The notes beneath the pieces were generated by a model that worked only from the letters and a program-made list of their open reading frames with translations, did no database searches and was not told the DNA's origin. A program made the position numbers and the translations under genes. DNA of 49,631 nt from a virus (lineage: Duplodnaviria; Caudoviricetes): positions 1 to 49,631 of the IMG/VR virus record IMGVR_UViG_3300046786_000327. One strand, given 5' to 3'. Below are positions 6,951 through 16,664 of the stretch, piece by piece; position 1 is the stretch's first letter, and the number at the start of each line of letters is the position of its first letter.

Positions 6951-8576
6951 CTACTCGTATTTATCTAAAAGAACTGACATCTGCCTTATAACATCATTCT
7001 TTAAAAATTTAATATACCCAATTGGGTCGTCTAAGACAGTTTTGGGTTGATTATTTTTATATCTTCCAAGTTCTGAAATTGCATATATTGTTTGTTCGTC
7101 TGTCAATGTCCCTAACAAATCAGTCAATACATTCAGTATTTCAGTGATGTTACCCTTCATAATATGCTTGTAGGGAAGTAGCACACACTCATCATCAACA
7201 TAGTCACTGTAGGGGCCAGCAAGTATATATTTGTTTTTAGGGATATCAGCTGGTCCGGTATAGTATGAATTGTAATTCATTGTATCCTGAGTCACAACAT
7301 CATCTAATATTCCTAACATGTTAGCTTGGCGCAATCTCCTATACACTGACACATATGTCAGTATCTCAATGAACTCAGTATTGAATCTGTCAGCAAATAT
7401 AGTGTTGATTAATAGTGAATAATCAGTACCCACCATTGATTCTAAAATTTCTCTACAGTCTTCTTCCCATACTATGCTGTGTTGGTTTCTTGCATTTTCA
7501 GATAGAATGCCCAAGGCATCTTCAGATAAAATATTCTTCAATTGTTGAAGAATCGTCACGCACATTTTTTCTTCAGGTGATTCCTGTGTTACTACTAATA
7601 TCTTTGAATTAGGGAACAGTGCTCTATAGACCGGTATGTTTGTAAAATCATGAGTCCAACTTACACCCGTATTAATGCTAGGATCTGCATGTTCTAGTAT
7701 TTGTTTCTGATAGTACGAGACACGGTTGTCAAAACTATAAGGCTTGATTTTAGTTTGCTGTGCTAAAAATATGCCACAAGAAAACAATTCAATTTCCTTT
7801 TGTACGTCCGGTGACATAGTATGACAACTACCAGATGGAGAAATCTTTATATTAGATACAGAGTTGTTCTTTAAATTACGTATCAAATTAGAAAGAAAGT
7901 TTCCAGAAGCTCCTGGATGAAACACTACGAATGTTTGATCTCGTAAAAAGATATCCTCGCTGGGCGATACTGACTCAGTGTTATTAATCAAAGTAACATC
8001 TGCATATCCTGATTGAGCGAATTTTCCAGGGTTAGCACGTAGTATACACTCATCATGCAATGGACCTGAAGTTGTGCCCTTCCAATTAGTAAGTGCTGAT
8101 TTTACAGGTGAGTCTATCCACCTTTGAAAAGAAAGAATGGAATAATTGTTTAACGTATTATCCGGATTAGTTCTAAGCTCACTGTGCATGGAGTCCAAAG
8201 GATGTCGCCATGAGATTGAACCCCACTTGGAAGAAACCATATTGAATTCAGAAAGTTTACTAGCATGTCCTCCTCCTAAATTTAGCGTTATAGATTCCAT
8301 ATTTGGGTGACAGTGATTCTTTGTAGCTACAGTAGGCTTCTTTAGTATTAGTTCTACTTGGTACTGTCCTTTTTTAAAGATAGATATAGCAGTTGAATCT
8401 TCTGTTTGTATAATTTCTGAGTCCCAAGGAATTGCTAGGGGCATCTTGGCATCTAGTATATACCAGTTAAAGAAATCTTCAACTGTATTCCAGTCATCAG
8501 GTATTATTATGCTGTTGAAATATGAACTTGCACTTAAAATAGATTTTGACTGGTCATTGGGATCTGCAAAAATCAT
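6951..8576 (-). CDS. two-domain protein: N-terminal cupin-like domain plus C-terminal sulfotransferase/P-loop-like domain
   Basis: N-terminus matches 10126..10731 (IPDDWN..E.F..WY, HCHPNME); C-terminal HPGASGNFL...WTH pattern; ends in TAG. Confidence 0.55.
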   Translation of the reverse strand: MIFADPNDQSKSILSASSYFNSIIIPDDWNTVEDFFNWYILDAKMPLAIPWDSEIIQTEDSTAISIFKKGQYQVELILKKPTVATKNHCHPNMESITLNLGGGHASKLSEFNMVSSKWGSISWRHPLDSMHSELRTNPDNTLNNYSILSFQRWIDSPVKSALTNWKGTTSGPLHDECILRANPGKFAQSGYADVTLINNTESVSPSEDIFLRDQTFVVFHPGASGNFLSNLIRNLKNNSVSNIKISPSGSCHTMSPDVQKEIELFSCGIFLAQQTKIKPYSFDNRVSYYQKQILEHADPSINTGVSWTHDFTNIPVYRALFPNSKILVVTQESPEEKMCVTILQQLKNILSEDALGILSENARNQHSIVWEEDCREILESMVGTDYSLLINTIFADRFNTEFIEILTYVSVYRRLRQANMLGILDDVVTQDTMNYNSYYTGPADIPKNKYILAGPYSDYVDDECVLLPYKHIMKGNITEILNVLTDLLGTLTDEQTIYAISELGRYKNNQPKTVLDDPIGYIKFLKNDVIRQMSVLLDKYE

Positions 8577-9766
8577 TGACTCTCTGCCTCTATGACTATG
8601 TTGTTTATCATATCATCGTTGCCAGAGTTAGTAACTACATATATCAAATCTTCATTACTTGTCAATACTTTGTATTTTCCATAGTATTTTAACAATATTT
8701 CTAAGTATACTTGCATCACTGCTTTTGAAATGTTTAATGCTATACATGCATGAGGTCCGCGACCAAATGCTAAGTTACCTGATGTGTCTCTATGTATATC
8801 AAACGTATCAGGGTTTGGAAATTTAGTTGCATCTCTGTTTCCAGACTCTAAGCATAGTGCAACTCTATCACCCGGCTTTAAGTCTACACCATGCATAGTG
8901 AAATCTCGAACCACTGTTCTAGAAAATCTTCCGGTAGATGCATGAAATCTCAATGATTCTTCAATGGCATTTGGTATCAGTGACGGGTCATTTATCAAGG
9001 CATCTAATTGATTCTCTCTGAACAAATCTAACGTCAAGAATTCTAATGCCCCGGTCAATGAGCTTGCGCCTGACAGTGCAGGGCCTGACATTAATGATCT
9101 TGCATCAAAGTCTAAACCGGATGTTTCGTTGTTGTTAAAATATTCTTTGTATATGCCTGGACCTGATGGCGGAACTTTTGCGATGTTTGATAAGAAAGGA
9201 CTGATGCCTAATGGCGTAGGTGGCATGATATTAAACAACTTGTTATACCCACTATTTTCACTATTGTCTTCAGCAGGGCCTCGAACTGCAAGTGGTGCGT
9301 GACGTTGAATTTCTACTATCAAGTTTTTGATTACGGTCTTGTCAAATGGGTAGTTCAACATTTCTGCAATAGTCCATGCACTCAAGTGTTCGATGACATT
9401 AGAGATGTTCACCGTCGAGTGTCCACTTAGGTATTTTTCTGCTTTTTCTCTAAACAAATCAACGATTCGTTCGGTGTTGTCTTTGCTATACGCACCCTTA
9501 ACCATATTTTTCAATTTAGCATGGTCTGGGTCATCAGTAGCACCCAAAGTGCGACCAAATCTTTTTTCATGTTCTACTATTAAATTTCCCGAAGCTGATG
9601 AGAAAATTTCGGGGTGATTAAGTGCAAATTCAATATCGCTGTGTCTAGTAATTACATAAAGCTTATATTTTTCACTGAAGTATGCAACATCTAAATCACG
9701 CATTACCTCATAAAATTTAAATTTGTTGAGTAACCATTGATTTGAATGAGGGCTAAAATATTCCAA
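8573..9766 (-). CDS. cytochrome P450
   Basis: Heme motif FGRGPHACIA; K-helix EESLR; NRD..F.NPD.F; TTG start with AGGTGG RBS. Confidence 0.93.
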   Translation of the reverse strand: MEYFSPHSNQWLLNKFKFYEVMRDLDVAYFSEKYKLYVITRHSDIEFALNHPEIFSSASGNLIVEHEKRFGRTLGATDDPDHAKLKNMVKGAYSKDNTERIVDLFREKAEKYLSGHSTVNISNVIEHLSAWTIAEMLNYPFDKTVIKNLIVEIQRHAPLAVRGPAEDNSENSGYNKLFNIMPPTPLGISPFLSNIAKVPPSGPGIYKEYFNNNETSGLDFDARSLMSGPALSGASSLTGALEFLTLDLFRENQLDALINDPSLIPNAIEESLRFHASTGRFSRTVVRDFTMHGVDLKPGDRVALCLESGNRDATKFPNPDTFDIHRDTSGNLAFGRGPHACIALNISKAVMQVYLEILLKYYGKYKVLTSNEDLIYVVTNSGNDDMINNIVIEAESQ

Positions 9767-9792
9767 GATACCACCTATAATTATAGTGATAT

Positions 9793-10113
9793 TTATACCT
9801 CTGAGGATTCGATCAGTATTTCTTCAATGTTGTTCTCTAGCAGGTATGCTTTTTTTACTTCTAACAATTCCGTAATGCATCTAGGATCGTTTAGCATTTG
9901 GTCGACCGATTCTCTTGAATCCCAAATCATAGTAATTGTCAACTCTAATCTGTCGTCAGATACTTCTGCCCCAATATAGATAGATTTATCAGTTATTGAA
10001 TAAGTCTGTACCCAATACTCTTTAAACGAATCAGAAACATTTGGGTTAGTTGCCTGCGAGAAAAAATTAACATCTGTGTTAGGTCTAACTTGTTTTCTTA
10101 TTATTTGCCACAT
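9793..10113 (-). CDS. small hypothetical protein, paralog of 6620..6940
   Basis: Same 106-aa length and shared motifs; GAGGA RBS with upstream TAAATA. Confidence 0.7.
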   Translation of the reverse strand: MWQIIRKQVRPNTDVNFFSQATNPNVSDSFKEYWVQTYSITDKSIYIGAEVSDDRLELTITMIWDSRESVDQMLNDPRCITELLEVKKAYLLENNIEEILIESSEV

Positions 10114-10125
10114 GTGCTCATCCTC

Positions 10126-10731
10126 TTATGTATTTAATGGTTTTGGTTCAGATACATCTGCATATCCTGATTCTACATGTACTTCTAAGTTTCGATTTGC
10201 AAATGTTTTTCGTATAAGTTCTTCTTGTAAAGGACCTGCAGTTGCGCCTTTCCATTGTATTGCGGCTGAAGTCATTTCGTCTATGTTTTCCCAACGTTGA
10301 CAAGCAAGAAAACAAGATCCATTACTGAATGATGCGATAGTATCACCACCGTGTTCAGTACCATCTTTTACATTCTCAAATACTTTACCCCAAGACTTTG
10401 CAGTACCCATTGCGTGTTCTCCTGCTGGGTTGATATGACCTCCACCAAAGTCTACTACAATAACTTCCATTCTAGGATGGCTGTGTCGTTGAATATACAT
10501 TTTAGGGAACTCAAGATATAATTCTACTTGATAGTGTCCTTTTTTAAACACACATATAGCAGTAGCATCATCACTGCGTATCACGTGTGCATTCCAAGGA
10601 ACCATTAATGGCATTCTTGAATCAAGGTACCAGTCAACGAATTCTTCAATTGAGTTCCAATCATCAGGAATATCAATTTTTGAGAAATACTCAGCAGGGT
10701 CTACGATTTTTCTTATAGGAGGGTTTAACAT
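10126..10731 (-). CDS. cupin-like protein
   Basis: HSHPRME (HxHxxxE cupin motif) and a downstream His (EHGG). Confidence 0.55.
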   Translation of the reverse strand: MLNPPIRKIVDPAEYFSKIDIPDDWNSIEEFVDWYLDSRMPLMVPWNAHVIRSDDATAICVFKKGHYQVELYLEFPKMYIQRHSHPRMEVIVVDFGGGHINPAGEHAMGTAKSWGKVFENVKDGTEHGGDTIASFSNGSCFLACQRWENIDEMTSAAIQWKGATAGPLQEELIRKTFANRNLEVHVESGYADVSEPKPLNT

Positions 10732-10742
10732 ACGATTATTTA

Positions 10743-11948
10743 TCAGGATTCTATAACAGGAAGAGTTAACGGATGATACTTTGACCTAAAAACTGAGAAA
10801 GTATCTTTGTTTCTAAGATTTGACTGGTCTATTACTGAAGAATAAGACTTCCAATGATATGTCCATGCTTGTTGAACTCGTTCAAAATTAGGCAATGATA
10901 GCAATATGTTGTCCCATGCCCGCATACCCATTGGTAAATTATCTAGTTGTGAAAAGGGTTTATCAGCTTGGAATCTAGCAAAGTCCCAATGAGGATAGCA
11001 CACTAATTTTACTATTTCTGATGCAACATGATAACGTTTATAATGGTCTTCATTTGTCCAAGTTCTTACTCTAGTATCAGTTTTTGCTAGATCCTGAAGC
11101 GAGGTAACAACACCTTGTTCTTTTGGATTACTGTTATACCACATTGCTAACTTATAAGCTTGGTGTATTGCTACGTCCGGCATGTGCGGCGTGAAGTAAA
11201 AATATTCAGTGCCGTGAGGATTATCTGGGTTTGGTTGAGCCATGCAAGCAGTATCTACAAAGTACATGTACCACAACCCTTGATGCTTGATGATGTTAGG
11301 TTTATCTACCCCGTAGATAGATGCAACTGTTTTACCTTTAGATGATAAAACAGTTTCTGTTTTACTATATGTATTTTGCTTCTGCGACCGTGCTATACTA
11401 GGTAGATTAGTTACGGACTTGGTGAATAGATCATCATTGTAGAATTTTTCAATTACATTAGTAGTCCAATCTGCAATCTCAATAGTTATTTCAGGATAGT
11501 GTGTAGACACCCATTCTAAATCTTTCTTCAATACTAAGTCCCACTCTGAGTGAAAGTTACTATTACTTTTGTCTGCGCTATTTGGAGTATACAAGCCTTT
11601 ATCCATCAATGACATTGGCCACTGAACATATATGTGATCCAGCTTAATATTGTTTTTTAAAAATGTCATTAAGATATTATGACTGTCACTACCACCACTG
11701 TAGTTCAAGATCAAATAATCATATTGGTCACGTAGTTGTTGGGCCCGTTTCTTGTATGTCTCTGTCAACGGAGCACTTATCTTTACTAAGTCGAAATTTT
11801 GAATAGCAGATTCATATATTGAATCATAGTAACACCATGTTGCTGTAGTTTTTTTCTCAGATGCCTTTAGTATGGCATACATTTTACTTTCTATAATGTC
11901 GCCAGATACAGTATAATAACCATTCAAATTATTTGTTGAGGTTATCAT
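10743..11948 (-). CDS. PP-loop protein, paralog 3
   Basis: YSGGSDSHN, GVDKP and RAQQLRD.YDY motifs. Confidence 0.7.
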   Translation of the reverse strand: MITSTNNLNGYYTVSGDIIESKMYAILKASEKKTTATWCYYDSIYESAIQNFDLVKISAPLTETYKKRAQQLRDQYDYLILNYSGGSDSHNILMTFLKNNIKLDHIYVQWPMSLMDKGLYTPNSADKSNSNFHSEWDLVLKKDLEWVSTHYPEITIEIADWTTNVIEKFYNDDLFTKSVTNLPSIARSQKQNTYSKTETVLSSKGKTVASIYGVDKPNIIKHQGLWYMYFVDTACMAQPNPDNPHGTEYFYFTPHMPDVAIHQAYKLAMWYNSNPKEQGVVTSLQDLAKTDTRVRTWTNEDHYKRYHVASEIVKLVCYPHWDFARFQADKPFSQLDNLPMGMRAWDNILLSLPNFERVQQAWTYHWKSYSSVIDQSNLRNKDTFSVFRSKYHPLTLPVIES

Positions 11949-12858
11949 ACTCTATATCACTTCTCAAGTTAGCAATCGTTCTAGGGAAATAGTTTCGATA
12001 GTTCAGCCCATTATATTTTGAAGTCAAGAAGGTTTCCATTTCATTTACTAATGTATCAATCTTCTCAAATCCTGTTTGTTTTCTTCGTTCAATTAAATCA
12101 GGATAAGCTTCACGATATCCTAAAATTTTAGTAGAGTTGCATCCAGTCTTACCATAGTATTCGTCATTAGTTAATTTATGAAACCAATCTAAGTTCATAT
12201 ATGACAATACTAAACCAGGAGTCCACTTAAACCATTCAGCCACTGCAGGTTTATTAATAGCACGTGCAAACTTGCTCCAGCCTATATCGTGTTCCCAACA
12301 TAGTATAATCCAATTACCCTTAGCATCTTCTACGTATTCAGGAGTTGTTCTATGTAATGTCAAATCACTTGCCCCTAATATAGGAAACCCCTCAGCATCT
12401 TCAATGAACTTACAATAAGGCAATGCTCTAGGTCTATCAATTTGAGCCAACTCAGAAACTCGTTCAGCATCATTCTCGTAAAACTTAGTTAGATTGAAGT
12501 CGATTAAATCATAATCAACTCCTAGCATTGAACATACAGTAACTGCATAACTTACATCATATAGATTATAGTCATTCTCGTATCGCATAATAGTGACTTT
12601 AGGTTTACAGCCTATTTCTAAATATGACCTAAGCATGATTTCACTATCAACGCCACCACTAAAAAAGATGTTGGGTTTTAAATTAGAATGATGTTCTAAT
12701 GTGCTACGTGCGGCTTCTAGTAGTTCTTCTTTAAACGACATAACAGGGCGAATCATTCTAGTAAAGTTAGTTGTAAACTGTTGGTCACTTGTTTGTCTAC
12801 CAAACTTCTCACCGTCACCGTATTGCCATGAATACCAATTATTTTCTGAGGTATACAT
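11929..12858 (-). CDS. asparagine-synthetase-like PP-loop protein lacking a glutaminase domain
   Basis: FSGGVDSE plus C-terminal R.KQTGFE, resembling the AsnB RxKxGF motif. Confidence 0.6.
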   Translation of the reverse strand: MYTSENNWYSWQYGDGEKFGRQTSDQQFTTNFTRMIRPVMSFKEELLEAARSTLEHHSNLKPNIFFSGGVDSEIMLRSYLEIGCKPKVTIMRYENDYNLYDVSYAVTVCSMLGVDYDLIDFNLTKFYENDAERVSELAQIDRPRALPYCKFIEDAEGFPILGASDLTLHRTTPEYVEDAKGNWIILCWEHDIGWSKFARAINKPAVAEWFKWTPGLVLSYMNLDWFHKLTNDEYYGKTGCNSTKILGYREAYPDLIERRKQTGFEKIDTLVNEMETFLTSKYNGLNYRNYFPRTIANLRSDIEYDNLNK

Positions 12859-13286
12859 TAAATAACCTTTGTGTTTGTTTTAAATATATTGTCCCAAACT
12901 GATGTAAACAATCCATAGTTTGCTTCTGAGCGGTGATGTATCATATGCCACTTACCGCTAGTCAGTATAGGTATGTTGAATTTTTCATTGTGTTCAATTG
13001 ATTCTTGTATGAATGCTGCCCATACATAATAGAATATACTAATCCACCATTGACCGGTAACTAGGCTGAATAACAATGTAGGTAGTACTTCACTTATCCA
13101 TAAGTCTAAGGTACAAATCCAAGTGTCGTTGAATAGAAATAGGTTAGACCAGTGCCAACCGGTCTTATTTTTCAACACATACCTATGATGTTCTAAGTGA
13201 ATATTTCTAATCCATCCAACTACATGTGCTATGCGATGAATCCAATATAGAAATAATGTCCATGATAGAAAATATACGAGAGTCAT
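12858..13286 (-). CDS. sterol desaturase / fatty acid hydroxylase family protein
   Basis: YWIHRIAH, HLEHH, HMIHH and NYG....WD motifs; hydrophobic segments. Confidence 0.85.
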   Translation of the reverse strand: MTLVYFLSWTLFLYWIHRIAHVVGWIRNIHLEHHRYVLKNKTGWHWSNLFLFNDTWICTLDLWISEVLPTLLFSLVTGQWWISIFYYVWAAFIQESIEHNEKFNIPILTSGKWHMIHHRSEANYGLFTSVWDNIFKTNTKVI

Positions 13287-14074
13287 TAAGTCTTAATTAG
13301 CTTGATTATCAATCCTGAAATATCAAGTTCCCACCATTGCTTTTTGAAAGTATAGTCTCTAGGGAATCTATGATGGTTGTTGTGCCAAGCTTCACCCCAA
13401 CTAGGGATAGCCCATAGCCAATTATTTGTGCTTTGGTCATTCAATGAATATGAACGATATCCACCTAACCAAGTTGGGCGATGTCCAACAAAGTTAACAA
13501 CGTTACTCATAAGTGCAGTCACTATAGCAGGTAGCAAGTGTAAGAATACCATTAGATACAGACCGCCTATCGTGTACAAAACAATGCTATACGATACTAA
13601 CACTAAGAAATAGTAACGATGTAAGAATTGTTGATATGGATCTTTGGCTACATGTTTTAAAAAGCGAGTCTTGTCCTTTACAGTATAATTCAATGCAAAG
13701 ATTTTTGCCCCATCTATATCAGGGCTATGCGGATCCCCTGGTCTATCAGAATACAAATGATGGTTAATATGAATATTCGCCCAAGCTAAAGGGCTACCAG
13801 TACTAGCAAAAACACCAAGCAATGAGAATAATTTGACGAGCCATGGGTTAGTTTCGTAACCGTGATGTGTCAAGTAACGATGGTATGTTATAACGATTCC
13901 CAAACATCCATACAAAAAATAACCTAATACTATCATACCAAACGATGCCCACGTCATGCCGTATATTGACAGGCCATATATGGAAATAATCAATGCAACT
14001 GCTAAAAATAGCTGTGCCCCTAGTGTACTGCTTGCGGTGTATTTTCGTAGTGTTTTCATAACATTATTTATCAA
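13286..14074 (-). CDS. delta-9-type acyl-lipid/acyl-CoA desaturase
   Basis: His boxes YHRYLTH, HINHH and GEAWHNNHH; DPHSP; transmembrane helices. Confidence 0.9.
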   Translation of the reverse strand: MINNVMKTLRKYTASSTLGAQLFLAVALIISIYGLSIYGMTWASFGMIVLGYFLYGCLGIVITYHRYLTHHGYETNPWLVKLFSLLGVFASTGSPLAWANIHINHHLYSDRPGDPHSPDIDGAKIFALNYTVKDKTRFLKHVAKDPYQQFLHRYYFLVLVSYSIVLYTIGGLYLMVFLHLLPAIVTALMSNVVNFVGHRPTWLGGYRSYSLNDQSTNNWLWAIPSWGEAWHNNHHRFPRDYTFKKQWWELDISGLIIKLIKT

Positions 14075-15260
14075 TCTGCTTCACCCAAGCAAGTCCTTTG
14101 TACTTTTCTGTACTTTCTTTAATTAGCGGTTTTAATTTAGACCTATCTAAGAGCTTGATTTGTATTAGGCCCTTAGAATGAGTAGGATAATGTACTGCAC
14201 AGTGTTGCATTGGGTTATCTAAATAAACGAACGTATTAGTATCAGCCGGGAGTCTAGGGGCATGTACTTCGTTGTCCTCTAAGAAAATCCAATTAACTAG
14301 TGTATTAGTGCTCCATAGTACTGTTCTGACATGATAGCTGTTATCAGGACTATCTGTATGAAAGGGGACTTGTCTCAAGTTCTCTAGTACTGTGATAGAG
14401 TACACATTGTCCGGAAACGCATCAGTTATTTGTTTGACTATTTCAGATACTATAGGTAGATTCGGAGCCATGGGCACCTGATATACTTCTCCGTCCGGGT
14501 GCTGATCGCCGTCATGACGGTACAACACCATGCCTTTCCATGTACTTTTTGATTCTTCTTCTAATATTGTGTTATGATTCGTACCTACTTTAATTGCCAA
14601 GGCTGCATGATTATTCCATACATCCCACCATTGATCCCAATTACTAGGCTCAATTCTAGGTATGTTTAGAGGAGTATATAAAGTGGTCTTGTGTTTTCTA
14701 TAGGGTTCTTTTAGAACTCGCTTTTTAATGACGATAGTATCGGGTTTTTCTTCTTCGCCCATCAAGCGCCAGTATAGTTCAAATTCAGGTTTAGTATTCG
14801 CTGGTACTTTGTCAAGTGTAATTAGATCGTATCTTCCGACGGGCATTACTGAATTTCTTTGCCACTGACGTTCGTATGCGTTAACAATTCTCTCTGCAAC
14901 GGTATAGTAAAACTCATAGTAATAGTTATTTTCTGCGTACTCAAATACAAACTTTAATAACAATGCCATATCCGGATCTTTGAAGTTGAATACTTGTTTG
15001 AAATTTTTAGTATACAACGCAGGTATAACCCAAAATTTACCTCGCATTTTGCTTTCAAAGAAACCAACACATACGAAACAAATCAATTCATCATTATCAA
15101 AATAACCAAAAGCCTTCATAGTGGCATTACCTGCAAAGTACATAGTAAATCCCTCGAGGAAATCACCTTTGCTGACCGGTGATGTGCCGCTGGTTCTAGG
15201 CTTTAAGCCAACCATTTTGCTAGCTTCATCTAAGTCTCTGATAGTTAATTCTCTAATCAT
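14064..15260 (-). CDS. fusion of an N-terminal GNAT-like domain and a C-terminal Fe(II)-oxygenase-like domain
   Basis: MIRELTIRDL GNAT-like start; C-terminal half aligns with 16044..16664 (TP...P..EP.NWD..W.VWN, HTD, distal H). Confidence 0.5.
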   Translation of the reverse strand: MIRELTIRDLDEASKMVGLKPRTSGTSPVSKGDFLEGFTMYFAGNATMKAFGYFDNDELICFVCVGFFESKMRGKFWVIPALYTKNFKQVFNFKDPDMALLLKFVFEYAENNYYYEFYYTVAERIVNAYERQWQRNSVMPVGRYDLITLDKVPANTKPEFELYWRLMGEEEKPDTIVIKKRVLKEPYRKHKTTLYTPLNIPRIEPSNWDQWWDVWNNHAALAIKVGTNHNTILEEESKSTWKGMVLYRHDGDQHPDGEVYQVPMAPNLPIVSEIVKQITDAFPDNVYSITVLENLRQVPFHTDSPDNSYHVRTVLWSTNTLVNWIFLEDNEVHAPRLPADTNTFVYLDNPMQHCAVHYPTHSKGLIQIKLLDRSKLKPLIKESTEKYKGLAWVKQIDK

Positions 15261-16018
15261 TTTTTAACTAGGTTAATCAATAATCCAATAACATCAATTT
15301 CCCACCATTTCTCTTTAGTAGTATAACTTGATGCTTTGTTGTGATGATTGTTGTGCCAACCTTCTCCCCACAACAATATAGAGAACAACCAAGAATTTGT
15401 ACTAGTGTCTCTAGTCTCAAAGTTAGTATATCCAATCTTTGTGCTATGACCGTAATATATAAAAGAGTTCCAAACAATGTTAGTTAACGCTACTGGTAGA
15501 AACCATACAAAATACGCTAACCAAGGATTGATTACTAGCAATGCCAAAACAGACAACACAACAATAAGAACATAATATTTGTTTATGTCTAAATGAGTGT
15601 CAGTTAATAAGTCTCTAATCAAACGCTTATTGATAGTTTCCCCGTGATTCGTAAAACCCGGAAGGGCTAGTTGAATCAAACTCATGTTTTGCACATGTGG
15701 GTCTTTGTTAGTATCAGAAAACGCATGATGTTCTCTATGTACATGAACCCATCCAATGATGCTACCTCTGCCGGTTATAAGTGCGATCCATGTGAATAGC
15801 CACTTGACAACATCGCTTTTAAATTCAAAACTCTTATGAGTCCAATATCTATGTAGCATCATCCCTAGACCAATGCTACTGTACACAAAATAACTGACAA
15901 ACACAGTTACGATTGCTTGCCATGTAAATTCAAAGTAAAAGGCACCCATGATTGCGCCTAGTGTTGCACACAATTGAATTATTCCTACTGATAACGCTGA
16001 CGCTGATAAATATCTCAT
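15257..16018 (-). CDS. delta-9-type fatty acid desaturase, second paralog
   Basis: His boxes LHRYWTH, HREHH and GEGWHNNHH; DPH. Confidence 0.9.
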   Translation of the reverse strand: MRYLSASALSVGIIQLCATLGAIMGAFYFEFTWQAIVTVFVSYFVYSSIGLGMMLHRYWTHKSFEFKSDVVKWLFTWIALITGRGSIIGWVHVHREHHAFSDTNKDPHVQNMSLIQLALPGFTNHGETINKRLIRDLLTDTHLDINKYYVLIVVLSVLALLVINPWLAYFVWFLPVALTNIVWNSFIYYGHSTKIGYTNFETRDTSTNSWLFSILLWGEGWHNNHHNKASSYTTKEKWWEIDVIGLLINLVKK

Positions 16019-16043
16019 ATTGCTATTTAGTTAAAAAAAAGTT

Positions 16044-16664
16044 ATGATTATATTTACACCAGTAGACTTACCAAAATTAGAACCTGATAACTGGGATAAG
16101 TTTTGGGAAGTATGGAATGCTACTGCTAATAATCTTACTAAAAGAAGAAAGAACGTAGATACATCTGATGCTTCTATCGGTTCTAGTGAAGTTTGGAAAG
16201 GGATAGATATTTATAGGTTAGCCCAAGGCATTACTGCATGGGATGCGCCCTACTATGACATATCTACTGAATTCCCCAACATGTTCAATACTATAATCAA
16301 AATGCAAGAAACAGGGTTGCGAATTTATCAAGTACGACTTATAACTAGTTTGTTGGATGTGAAAGCGCACACTGATGATAACTTAGATAGATGGGCGTAC
16401 AGAAGTTATTTTCATTATACATCACCTAAATCTCAATGGTACTTTACTAAGCCAATTGATAAGGACGGTGAGAGACATTACATTAACTTACCAAAAGATG
16501 CAAATTGGTTTGCATACAATGATAAGCATTGTTGGCACGGTACAGACTACGATACTGAACATCCTAAAATTTTAGCACAACTCTATGTCGCTGACCAAGC
16601 AGTAGCTACTAGACTAGCACAAGATAACATAGAGAAATACAAAGAATACACGATAGAGCTTTAA
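16044..16664 (+). CDS. putative Fe(II)/2OG oxygenase-like protein
   Basis: HTD...WHG triad-like pattern. Confidence 0.55.
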   Translation: MIIFTPVDLPKLEPDNWDKFWEVWNATANNLTKRRKNVDTSDASIGSSEVWKGIDIYRLAQGITAWDAPYYDISTEFPNMFNTIIKMQETGLRIYQVRLITSLLDVKAHTDDNLDRWAYRSYFHYTSPKSQWYFTKPIDKDGERHYINLPKDANWFAYNDKHCWHGTDYDTEHPKILAQLYVADQAVATRLAQDNIEKYKEYTIEL

